This document shows, piece after piece, positions 18,996-28,194 of a DNA stretch of 64,000 bases (the stretch's first letter is position 1; every line of letters starts with the position of its first letter). Both the position numbers and the translations under genes were made by a program. Source of the stretch: an uncultured Poribacteria bacterium (lineage in GTDB: Bacteria > Poribacteria > WGA-4E > WGA-3G); the NCBI GenBank assembly GCA_951813565.1, contig OX638351.1:4192001-4256000 (forward strand). The letters are read 5' to 3'. Below the pieces are notes generated by a model. The model was not told the origin of the DNA. It made no database searches and saw only the letters and a list, made by a program, of their open reading frames with translations.

Positions 18996-20912
18996 CTAAT
19001 CGGGCAATATCCTATATCCGCTACTAATCCCTGTAGTCATCCCTACTATTGCCCATAAACCAGCACATAACATCTCTCCAATGACCAGGCCAAGGAATGC
19101 AGGACGCGCTTGACGGTACGCTTTCAGTCCCCCGTATTTCACGATGGCAAATTTCATCCCCCATCCTAAAAAGATAGAGAACCACAGTTTGAAAGTTGCC
19201 CATGAACTCAACATCGTGTAACCGAGAGGGTGTAGAGGCCACCAAACAAAGGTCTGCCGCATCCACATTAACCACCCTGTGAACCCGCCTCCGAACAGGA
19301 TAAATCCTGTATCTGTCCAATTAGTACTCGTTTTTGGACTTGTGAGCAGCCCTTCAAGTTGCCGCATAAACCAACCGCCGCCCATATAAGGCGCGCCGTG
19401 TGCATACCCAACTTTGATTGCCGAATAATAAGAGACCCCCAGTCCGATGACCATCGCAACCGCCATCGCAATGAGCAGTTGCCGGCGCTTGACGCGTGCC
19501 TCGTCTGCAGCTTTCAGTCCATTCATAATATTTGGCATCATAAATTCGCGCAGGTCAAGCGTGAGACACACGGGATGCATCATTAACGACGTTAATGTTG
19601 AAGGATGAATTTTTGAGGTGCCGAGTGTCGTTAGAAAGAAACTTTGTGGTGAAAATGACGGATTGATAAACGGAATACCACCGTTAATTACCTGCCACGT
19701 CAATACGACATACATTGCCAGCAGAAATAGCACAAATCCAAGTGCGAACAATATAGACATGCCCATCAGGTGGTTGAAAAACACGAGAACGCAGATACCT
19801 CCGAGAAGCCCAAAGATCGTAAAACCGTAGGACATCGCTTCATCAGAAGTGCGAGACTGAAACATGTGTTTGATATGATGGCGTGTTTTCCATAAAGCGA
19901 TAGCAACAAACACAAGACATGCTCCCGCTTCCTGTGCAGCGCTAAACGATTTTCCTGTCCATTGGACACCCGGACCAGAAGTCAGTTGAAAACCGAGCAG
20001 GACACCTATCAGACATTGCAGCTTGTAAAACAGAAAAAAAAACCAGATACTAAATGAAACTTCCAAGGTTAGCAGGTAGCTAAAACCTACCATAGACCAA
20101 AAGATGACGACTTGAAATGGACGCAATGCAGTCCACGGTCTTTCGTTGAAATATTGATTAAGCCAAAAATCGCGTGGGATATGTGGAACGGAAGGAAAAA
20201 ACGTATGGAGTCCGTTCATCGTATGCAGGAATACGGGGAATGCAACGCCAAACCAGAATACGCTGTTCTTAAAGAGCGGTCCGAGTCTGCCGCTGCCTTG
20301 CACTGCCATCTCAACGGGAAGTTTGACGAGTGGAAAGGCACAACGTTCATATTCCACCCACTGCTTTCGGAGTAATACTGAGAGGCAGATCATCACGAAA
20401 TAGATTACAAGGACATAAGCACTCCAGATAAAAATAGGCGTAATCCAGGCGCCCCACGGCACCGTTTCACCAGCAAATAATCCTTCGTAGAAGGAGCTGA
20501 TAGCCGTTTCATCACGTACCACGCGCCAGTGTGGAATGTAGTGGTAAAACAGTGACTCCCAATCGTTTTCTGGTGTAGCAAAATGCTTGTAGGCGATCAT
20601 TGGACTAAGCGCGTAGCGCATCATACCCGAAGACGGGATACCTGCAGGCGCGAGCATAATACACCAGATTGTGATGAGTTCACCGGGCGAAAATGCGGAT
20701 TTGGGGTGTATCTGTTTTAAGATAACGTTTATCCCCAATACAAATATAGTGAGCACAAAGAAGGGACCGACAGGGAAGTGTCCGCCTGCGAGGAAGATGT
20801 TACGAATGACGTAATCATTATATGGCGCAAGTAGACATTCAATTGTGGCGCACACCAAACCGATGAGTACTGCGCGCCGAGATAAGCTTGTCCGAGTTCG
20901 TTGTTGTATCAA
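18996..20912 (-). CDS. Polytopic membrane protein, DUF6785-like putative transporter
   Basis: Many TM segments; LRKQWVEYERCAFPL and WWPLHPLGY motifs. Confidence 0.7.
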   Translation of the reverse strand: MIQQRTRTSLSRRAVLIGLVCATIECLLAPYNDYVIRNIFLAGGHFPVGPFFVLTIFVLGINVILKQIHPKSAFSPGELITIWCIMLAPAGIPSSGMMRYALSPMIAYKHFATPENDWESLFYHYIPHWRVVRDETAISSFYEGLFAGETVPWGAWITPIFIWSAYVLVIYFVMICLSVLLRKQWVEYERCAFPLVKLPVEMAVQGSGRLGPLFKNSVFWFGVAFPVFLHTMNGLHTFFPSVPHIPRDFWLNQYFNERPWTALRPFQVVIFWSMVGFSYLLTLEVSFSIWFFFLFYKLQCLIGVLLGFQLTSGPGVQWTGKSFSAAQEAGACLVFVAIALWKTRHHIKHMFQSRTSDEAMSYGFTIFGLLGGICVLVFFNHLMGMSILFALGFVLFLLAMYVVLTWQVINGGIPFINPSFSPQSFFLTTLGTSKIHPSTLTSLMMHPVCLTLDLREFMMPNIMNGLKAADEARVKRRQLLIAMAVAMVIGLGVSYYSAIKVGYAHGAPYMGGGWFMRQLEGLLTSPKTSTNWTDTGFILFGGGFTGWLMWMRQTFVWWPLHPLGYTMLSSWATFKLWFSIFLGWGMKFAIVKYGGLKAYRQARPAFLGLVIGEMLCAGLWAIVGMTTGISSGYRILPD

Positions 20913-20972
20913 TATTTGCTCATTTTTGTATTGAGACGTTGTGCGTTTTTAGGCTGTGATGCTTCTTCACGT

Positions 20973-22775
20973 TCATTTTCCTACATTCGGATCTAATTCC
21001 TTTGCTTTTTCAAAATCAGCTTTTGCTGCTTCCTTGCGTCCAAGTGCCTCTTTTGCGAATCCGCGCTTGTGGTATGCTCTCGCGTGTCTTGAGTTCACTT
21101 TAATAACTTGATCAAAATCTTCAATTGCCGATTCATATAAGTTTATTGCTTTTTTACTATTTCCTCGGTTGGTTTCAATTTTCCCAAGTTCAATTTCCGC
21201 ATTACCTCGAATGTTGTAGGCATAAGTATCTATTACTTCATTGGATTTGCGGAACAATCGTCGTCGGTTGATGTGGGATGTATAATCCTTAACTGCAGCT
21301 TCATATAGCATTTGCGATCTTTCGATGTTTCCCTGATCCGATTCAAACTTGCCGTAAATATAGTATGCATAACCTCGGCTGCTGTAGTCTGCTATGCCTT
21401 TATGGGAACTCTTTATTCTTTGAGTACAGTTCTGTACAAATTCTTTATAGTACTTTCGAGATAGATCAACAAATTTTTCATCCTTAGATTTCCTAAGAAA
21501 ATCTTTTATTTCTTTCACTTTCCGATAAACTTTGGAAGATTTGGGAGTACGTTCGATTGCTATATTATAATAAAAAATAGCATCTTCATAGAAACGCTGT
21601 GCCTTTTTGGTATATGAGCGTTTCAATTCATTATCCCCAAGGTTTGACTTTTGGAGTCCATTATAATAGAATAGTTGGATATGCATAGGATTTATCATAA
21701 TAGCATTATTTAAATCTGATATCGCTTCTTTACGGTTTCCAAGTTCAAACTTTGTTGTTCCTTGCAGCAAATATGCATCAGCATTCTCAGGATTTATTTT
21801 GATAGCATCTGAAAAGTCTTTAATCGCTGCCTTGAAATAATCATTTGCTTGCTGTGTCCTTCCAGATTGGATATCCAGAAAACCTTGTTGCAGTTTCGCA
21901 TCACCCCGTTTATAGTAGGAGTAAATAGATTCAGTATTTAACTTAATTGCTTGATTGAATTCAGAGATAGCATTTTTATATTGTCCCCTATCGAATTTTA
22001 TTTTCCCATGAACATGGTGAGCGTATGATCGGATTTCATCCCGCTGACGCCATTCCGCTAAAGACTCAATTTTCTCTGATTGAGTAAGTAATACTCTGAG
22101 ATTGTTTGAAGGGACAGTGAGAGAATAACCGAGGGTTGGGTTTGAGTAGGCATGAATCCCTATAACTTCTCCCTTTTTGTTAAAAACTGGACTACCACTA
22201 CTTCCGCCACTTAAATTTATTTCTATTTGTAACCGTTGACCGCTTTTCTCGATATTGTATACTCGTCCCTTGCTAAAACTATATTTTCTACTGGGGAATC
22301 CCATGGTTGTAATAGGTTCGTTGACTTTTATTTCTTTGCTGTTACCAATTGGGAATGGTGTGCTGACTGCATTGACTTTGAGAATTACAAGATCGTTTTT
22401 GACATCAAACGCTGTGACACCTGCAATAATGCCAATTGCTTCTTTGTTAACTGATTCTGTGGATTTTATTCCTGTTAAAGGAAGGGTAGCATTGTTTACC
22501 CCAACTTTTTTTATTATAATTGGTCTTTGTGGTGCTACAACATGTATATTGGTCGCAACTTTGTCTGATGCAACAAAGAACCCTGTGCCATACCATTTCT
22601 CCTTACCTGTCCCAACTTCTATGTGGACTACAGATCCCTTTAGGTTTTTAATATCACGATTTAATAATAGAGATTGGACATCTATATTAAAAAATAGTTT
22701 AACAACCCACACACCTAAAAGAAGCATTCCCAAAGCAACTAACAAACTTAATAAGTTTTTTCTATTTTGTGTCAT
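20973..22775 (-). CDS. Membrane-anchored trypsin-like serine protease with TPR repeats
   Basis: N-terminal TM; triad motifs TNIHVV, DLVILK, GGSSGSP; C-terminal TPRs (AYHKRGFAK..LG....A.ADFEKA). Confidence 0.88.
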   Translation of the reverse strand: MTQNRKNLLSLLVALGMLLLGVWVVKLFFNIDVQSLLLNRDIKNLKGSVVHIEVGTGKEKWYGTGFFVASDKVATNIHVVAPQRPIIIKKVGVNNATLPLTGIKSTESVNKEAIGIIAGVTAFDVKNDLVILKVNAVSTPFPIGNSKEIKVNEPITTMGFPSRKYSFSKGRVYNIEKSGQRLQIEINLSGGSSGSPVFNKKGEVIGIHAYSNPTLGYSLTVPSNNLRVLLTQSEKIESLAEWRQRDEIRSYAHHVHGKIKFDRGQYKNAISEFNQAIKLNTESIYSYYKRGDAKLQQGFLDIQSGRTQQANDYFKAAIKDFSDAIKINPENADAYLLQGTTKFELGNRKEAISDLNNAIMINPMHIQLFYYNGLQKSNLGDNELKRSYTKKAQRFYEDAIFYYNIAIERTPKSSKVYRKVKEIKDFLRKSKDEKFVDLSRKYYKEFVQNCTQRIKSSHKGIADYSSRGYAYYIYGKFESDQGNIERSQMLYEAAVKDYTSHINRRRLFRKSNEVIDTYAYNIRGNAEIELGKIETNRGNSKKAINLYESAIEDFDQVIKVNSRHARAYHKRGFAKEALGRKEAAKADFEKAKELDPNVGK

Positions 22776-22787
22776 AAGAGTAAACCT

Positions 22788-22831
22788 TGTTAATATCTGA
22801 GAGTGACAATGTTAATATCTGAGAGTGACAA
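22788..22831. repeat. Perfect 22-bp tandem duplication
   Basis: TGTTAATATCTGAGAGTGACAA x2, immediately upstream of the protease-TPR start. Confidence 0.9.
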
Positions 22832-23049
22832 TCTTTCCGAGTGCTGATTCTGCGTTAATCATACACAAAATAGAGGGTTCTGTAAACTGTTTTGCTATTA
22901 TGACAATGAAATTGGTCTTCTATTGAAAAATTATATGACAAATTATTAAAAGTCAAGTAAAATAGTAACAGAATGTTTAAGCACATGACCGAAATTGTTG
23001 CAGTCGTAAGAAAATAGGCTTATTTTGACATAAAAACGGAGATTTAATT

Positions 23050-24555
23050 ATGCAAACACATTCTAATTTATTCAGCGATGAACAGATGCGAGATTTCGTT
23101 GTCCACGGATATGTTACAGTGAAAACGGATTTGCCGCGTAGTGTTCACGAAACAATCTATCGAAAAACACAGGAATATACAGAAAAAGAAGGTAACTTGG
23201 GAAATAACATCTTTCCGCGAGTTCCAGAGTTGCAGGCTGTATTTGAGGATTCTGCGGTTCGTGGGGCATTTACCAGTATTTTAGGGCAAAATTATGTGAT
23301 GCATTCACATCGGCACCCGCATCGGAATGCACCGCACAGTGGTGGGCAAGGATTTCACAAGGATAGCTACTGGGGACATCAGAAAGTTCGGCATCACCTT
23401 CCCCGCTGGGCGATGGCGTTCTACTATCCACAGGATACGCCGGTTGAAATCGGTCCTTCAGCAATCTTATCGGGAACGCAATACTACAGTAACAGGATTA
23501 CTGAGAACAACGATGGCGAAGTTGCCCTCAGTGGTGAAGCCGGAACGGTATCAATCATCCACTTTGACCTGTGGCATCGCGCAATGGCGAATCAGACTGA
23601 TAAGACTCGCTACATGATGAAATTTCAGTTTATCCGTTTGGATGAACCACAAGCACCAGAATGGGACGTGGAAGACCCAAACTGGAAAGCTGAAGGACTT
23701 GACATGAATGGTAACCCTGCAGCTAAAAGCCATGAGACTACATGGCGACACGTTTGGCAGTGGATGACAGGGAATTCCAATGAGCATAATGCAAAGCCAG
23801 TAAACGGCAATTTGTCGCAGCACATTGAAGCACTGAGTGATGAGAATCCATCTGTGCGTTCTGATGCTGCCGATGGATTGGGGTTGTTAGGAGAATCCGC
23901 AGCAGACGCTATTCCCATGTTGACTGATGCTTTACAAGATGACTATGAACCTGCCCGACTCAATGCTGCTTACGCGTTGGGCGCTATTGGTGAGTTGGCT
24001 GTGCCTGCTTTAATCGAAAAACTTGGTAGTGAAAATGGTCCGACACGACGGATGGCGGCGTATGGGTTAGCAGCTGTCGGTCCTCCTGCTGTGTCAGCAC
24101 TTTGCGAAGCATTAGAACATGAAAATGATGCGGTGCGCGTTGAAGCGAGTTATGCTTTGGCACAGATAGGAAGCGGTGCCGAACCAGCGGTTTCTGCTTT
24201 GATGGAACACGCTAAAGATAACAATGCGGAAGTCCGTCGATATATTCCTGAAGCATTCGGAGCAATAGGGCCGCCTGCAGCGCCTGCAGTGCCGACCTTG
24301 ATTGATAGGTTAGCGAACGATGATGATGTCCAGGTCCGTTTTGAGTCCGCATTAGCGTTAGCTCAAATTGGCCCTGCTTCAAGTGATGCGATTCCCGTTT
24401 TGAAGGAGTCGTTATCAGATAAAAATCGGTACGTGCGGGACAATTCTATCCATGCGCTCAAACGAATCGGTACACCAGAAGCCGAATCGGCACTCTTCGA
24501 TTATCTGCTTATGGCGCGATGGTGTCCTATTACCAACAGCGAAAGCACATTTTAA
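23050..24555 (+). CDS. PhyH-family dioxygenase fused to HEAT/PBS-lyase repeats
   Basis: HKD...LWHRA facial triad; C-terminal repeats of type VR..AA.ALG.IG..A..AVP.L. Confidence 0.88.
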   Translation: MQTHSNLFSDEQMRDFVVHGYVTVKTDLPRSVHETIYRKTQEYTEKEGNLGNNIFPRVPELQAVFEDSAVRGAFTSILGQNYVMHSHRHPHRNAPHSGGQGFHKDSYWGHQKVRHHLPRWAMAFYYPQDTPVEIGPSAILSGTQYYSNRITENNDGEVALSGEAGTVSIIHFDLWHRAMANQTDKTRYMMKFQFIRLDEPQAPEWDVEDPNWKAEGLDMNGNPAAKSHETTWRHVWQWMTGNSNEHNAKPVNGNLSQHIEALSDENPSVRSDAADGLGLLGESAADAIPMLTDALQDDYEPARLNAAYALGAIGELAVPALIEKLGSENGPTRRMAAYGLAAVGPPAVSALCEALEHENDAVRVEASYALAQIGSGAEPAVSALMEHAKDNNAEVRRYIPEAFGAIGPPAAPAVPTLIDRLANDDDVQVRFESALALAQIGPASSDAIPVLKESLSDKNRYVRDNSIHALKRIGTPEAESALFDYLLMARWCPITNSESTF

Positions 24556-24847
24556 GGTAGTAAAGTTTACAAATTTTTAGAACTGTTGTAGGCGCGCTTT
24601 GTAAACGCGCCTAAAATAGAGTCAAGTATTCGCGCGCTTTACACTATTATTCTATTTTAGTGTCTCGTCTTATTGAATTTGACAACGATAAAAATGTAGT
24701 CAAATTCGCACGTCCTGCTGCTGCAGAAGCACGTTCAGAATATCTTGCATCAATAGGCGCAATAGACTAATCAGACAGCGCGGTGTAAAAGCCGCGCATC
24801 TAATCGCACCAATTTGGAATATGAAAACTAAAAAAGGAGGTTGCACC

Positions 24848-24990
24848 ATGAACATCACAAAAGGGATATTTTGGGCAGTTCGATCAAAAACGCAAGCGAT
24901 GAAGCATTATTTCTTGAGCTGGCACTGCGGGGGTACGACTTGACAAAGCTACATGAGAAAAACCACAGCGAACTTATCAAAATCGCATAA
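24848..24990 (+). pseudogene. Small-protein gene with an apparent 1-bp deletion (MNITK/RDILGSSIKNASDEALFLELALRGYDLTKL...)
   Basis: AGGAGG RBS then ATG; protein-like sequence continues to TAA 24990 in another frame after acaaaagggat. Confidence 0.4.
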
Positions 24991-25002
24991 TTCTGTTTTA
25001 TT

Positions 25003-25365
25003 GTGAGGAGGTACAATCTAATTGTTATGAATAAAGTCATACATTTTAGCATAACGTTAAAGTATTCAGTTTATTTCTTAATTCCATTATTTCTTATTGG
25101 GTGTGGTGAAATTGGTGAGCCTGATGAACCACCGATCCCTGATTATCATACAATCATACAAAGACATTTAGCAGGTAAAATCTATGAAGCAAGAATTACT
25201 TCCCATTCCCGCAGGGGCAACTTTGTTACATACCTAGCCGATGGCAGAATCACTGATTGGGCTTCCCCACTTTACGTTATGAGGTTGTATATGAATTGGT
25301 CAATGGTAGATGGACACATATCAGAACTACAAAAAGGTAACCCACAAAAGAGCGAAACAAATTAA
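25003..25365 (+). CDS. Hypothetical lipoprotein, possibly truncated
   Basis: Hydrophobic stretch ending in LIGC lipobox; true start probably ATG 25027. Confidence 0.45.
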   Translation: MRRYNLIVMNKVIHFSITLKYSVYFLIPLFLIGCGEIGEPDEPPIPDYHTIIQRHLAGKIYEARITSHSRRGNFVTYLADGRITDWASPLYVMRLYMNWSMVDGHISELQKGNPQKSETN

Positions 25366-25510
25366 GCATCATTTTTCAGGTAAGACCACAGAGCACCTCA
25401 AAAAAATGCGTTAGAAGGGCATTTAGAGGTGAATTTTTAAGAAAGGCTCAGGCTCGGCACTGCGGCAGGCGCGTGCTTAGCACTCCCCGTCAAACCCCCT
25501 GCCTTTAGGT

Positions 25511-27189
25511 CTTACTATTACCCATAAGTCGAAATTCTTACTATTGATCATAAATTCGACATAAAGTGCAGACATCTATTTTCTTGATTTACATTCACCT
25601 GTGCTGTCAAGATAAGTGTATTTTCGCTTGGGTCATTGGGTCATAATATACTTGCATATCAAGAACATTTGTGTTATGTTCAATAGATATTATTACCAAC
25701 ACAAGTAACACTTATGGATCTGATACATTGGAGTGAATAATGATGTCTACAAACAAGAAAGAGTTATCTACATCTTGGAGTATTGAAGAGTTTACGGGTC
25801 TTGATTTGGGAGATGCCCGTCTAAATAAAAGGTTGCTCAGCGTTGCAGATGCGTTGGCGGCACATCCTACCGCAACCATCAACGCTGCGTGTGGCGATTG
25901 GGCATCGGTGAAGGGTGCCTATCGTTTATTTGATAATGAAAAGGTTTCTTCAGAGAAGATATTGGCACCTCACTTTAGACAGACGATTGCGCGGATGTGT
26001 GCGTATCAGCGTGTGTTTGCTATACAAGATACAACCTATCTGGATTACACCGATCACCCGTCAACAGAAGGTTTAGGTCCGATTGGTGCCTCGTCTCATC
26101 ACCATTATGGTTTTGTCAAACACACGACACTCATCGTGAGTGGGTCGGGGCTCCCGCTTGGGTGTTTGACAGATAAAGTGTGGGTTCGGGATGCGCCGAC
26201 ACAAGAAAAAAAACGGAAATCCAGACCGCTGGTAGAAAAAGAGAGCTACAAGTGGATTGAAGCAGTGTCGGCAATAAAATCCGAAGCCCCAGAAGGTGTT
26301 GAGGTGATTTGCATTTGTGATCGTGAAGCTGATATTTATGAGTTTTTCGTTGAAGCACAAGAGATGCCTTTTGTAATGCGTGCTGCGCAAGATCGTGTGG
26401 TTGATAATGATGTTGGTAGATTGCGTGCTTTAGCAGAAAGTCTACCGGTTGCTGGTGAGTTTAGCATACAAGTTGCAGCGCGTGGTGCCCAACCTGCCCG
26501 AGAAGCAACTCTGAGCGTTAGTTTCACAAAAACGACGCTTCTCCCACCGCATCGTTCGCAAGCATCACGCTCCCAAGAGCTGCCTGCTGTGGAAATATAT
26601 CTCGTATGGGTGATAGAGACGAACCCACCCGATGGCACAACACCTGTGGAATGGCTGCTCCTTACAAATGTGAAAGTCACAGATTTCTCAGATGCGATTG
26701 AACGGGTAGACTGGTATACGCAACGCTGGCACATTGAAGTCTATTTCAAAATCCTCAAATCAGGAACGAAAGTTGAGGAAGTCCGCTTCCAAACCCAAGA
26801 GAGACTCCTACGCTTTATTGCCCTGCTGAGCGTGATTGCTTGGCGTCTTTATTGGTTGACAATCATCAATCGGCAGGCACCGGATACGGACTGCACACAT
26901 ATATTGACTGAAGTTGAGTGGAAAGCACTTTACTGTATAACACATAAGACGCACATTTTACCGAAAAAACTACCAACTGTGTCTGAAGTCGTTGTTTGGA
27001 TCGCCAAACTGGGTGGCTTTTTAGGACGAAAGTCCGATGGTAAACCTGGAGTGACCGTTATTTGGAGAGGATGGTAAAGGCTTAGTGATATTTCTGACAC
27101 CTTTGCTCTTTTTCACCAATACACACAAAACAATATCGGTCAGAACCTTATTGATGGACATGTTCCATAAACTTATGGGTAATAGTAAG
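25511..27189 (+). mobile_element. IS4-family (IS50/Tn5-like) insertion sequence
   Basis: Perfect 19-bp TIR CTTACTATTACCCATAAGT, resembling the IS50 end CTGACTCTTATACACAAGT; flanks are inverted rather than directly repeated. Confidence 0.9.
25740..27170 (+). pseudogene. IS50-like DDE transposase with premature TAA near the C-terminus
   Basis: LGDARLNKR, QDTT, DREADIYE, Y..RW.IE.YFK.LKSG, LGGFLGRKSDGKPG; ...WRGW*RLSDI... reads on in frame to TAA 27170. Confidence 0.8.
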
Positions 27190-27191
27190 AC

Positions 27192-27596
27192 CTAAAGGCA
27201 GGGGGTTTGAAGGGGAGTGCTAATAAAAGGTTTCAGCTTTTCCAATGTCTTTTCTCCCAAACCCTTTACTTTGGTCAGCGCATCAACTGAAGTAAAATTG
27301 CCGTGTTCTTCACGATATTGAATAATCCTTTGCGCCATTTGTGGACCAATACCTGAAAGTGTTTCAAGTTCTTCTGCGGAGGCAGTGTTGATATTGAGAA
27401 GTGCAGGTTTATCTTGGACAGATTGTTGCGGTTGATTTTCGTTGGGAACAGCGATGAAATCCGGTTTTCCGAGGAATAGGGCAGGGTTAAACCGTCGCAA
27501 ACCCCAGAATCCTGCACCGATTAAAATGACCAGTACCAAAAAGGTGACCGCACGCCAATAATGTTTGGCAATGACACCTTCAATATTTTTTGCCAC
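27192..27596 (-). CDS. comEA: ComEA-family helix-hairpin-helix DNA-binding protein
   Basis: TM anchor, LNINTASAEELETLSGIGP, VKGLGEKT; GTG start at 27596 after AGGAGG; last ~9 codons lie in the IS605-like end remnant. Confidence 0.85.
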   Translation of the reverse strand: MAKNIEGVIAKHYWRAVTFLVLVILIGAGFWGLRRFNPALFLGKPDFIAVPNENQPQQSVQDKPALLNINTASAEELETLSGIGPQMAQRIIQYREEHGNFTSVDALTKVKGLGEKTLEKLKPFISTPLQTPCL

Positions 27597-27607
27597 CGTT
27601 GTCCTCC

Positions 27608-28150
27608 TTAGGATTTCCAAATCGGTTCTGGTATCTGAGAGCGGTGATTCGCCACGCGTGCCAAAACAAACAACAGATCTGAAAGGCGATTTAAACTTCG
27701 GATTATTTCTGGGTTCACGTCTGTTTCTCGTGTTAGGCGGACAACACACCTTTCACTTCGGCGGCACACAGCGCGCGCAACGTGTAAAACTGAACCAGCT
27801 TGGCATCCACCGGGGAGAATAAAGTTTGTTAGCGGCGGCAGTTCCTCTGAAAGCGTATCAATCACTTTCTCCATCTCTGTTGTAAAATCTGCGGATATTC
27901 GCATCTCTGTAGATTTTGTATGTGTGGCTGGGGTTGCTAAGTCTGCGCCGAGTGAAAAAAGGTGATTTTGGATACGCTCCATCAAGTCACAAAGGTCCGT
28001 ATCATCAATCAAAGTCTGTGTATAACCGATATAGGCGTTGAGTTCGTCCACAGTACCTATCGCTTCAATTTGCAGTGCGTCCTTCGGAATACGGGTGCCA
28101 CCGTACAGTGCTGTTTCCCCAGAATCCCCAAATTTTGTATAGATTTTCAT
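27608..28150 (-). CDS. pduO: PduO-type cob(I)alamin adenosyltransferase
   Basis: KIYTKFGDSGET, GTVDELN, FILPGG, RAVCRRSER, LNRLSDLLFVLAR. Confidence 0.92.
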   Translation of the reverse strand: MKIYTKFGDSGETALYGGTRIPKDALQIEAIGTVDELNAYIGYTQTLIDDTDLCDLMERIQNHLFSLGADLATPATHTKSTEMRISADFTTEMEKVIDTLSEELPPLTNFILPGGCQAGSVLHVARAVCRRSERCVVRLTRETDVNPEIIRSLNRLSDLLFVLARVANHRSQIPEPIWKS

Positions 28151-28194
28151 GGTGATTTATTTTATACTGTGTAGCGAAAGGAGTCAACTCAATT

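Noticed and set aside
25366..25510. IscB/TnpB omega-RNA locus
   Set aside because: Only a half hairpin of an IS605-type end is present; no tnpB/iscB ORF or recognisable scaffold.
27075..27077. Programmed readthrough in the IS4 transposase
   Set aside because: TAA is most simply a CAA-to-TAA mutation in WRGWQRL; no recoding signal seen.
27597..27749. N-terminal extension of comEA
   Set aside because: Overlaps pduO; a GTG with AGGAGG at 27596 is a better start.
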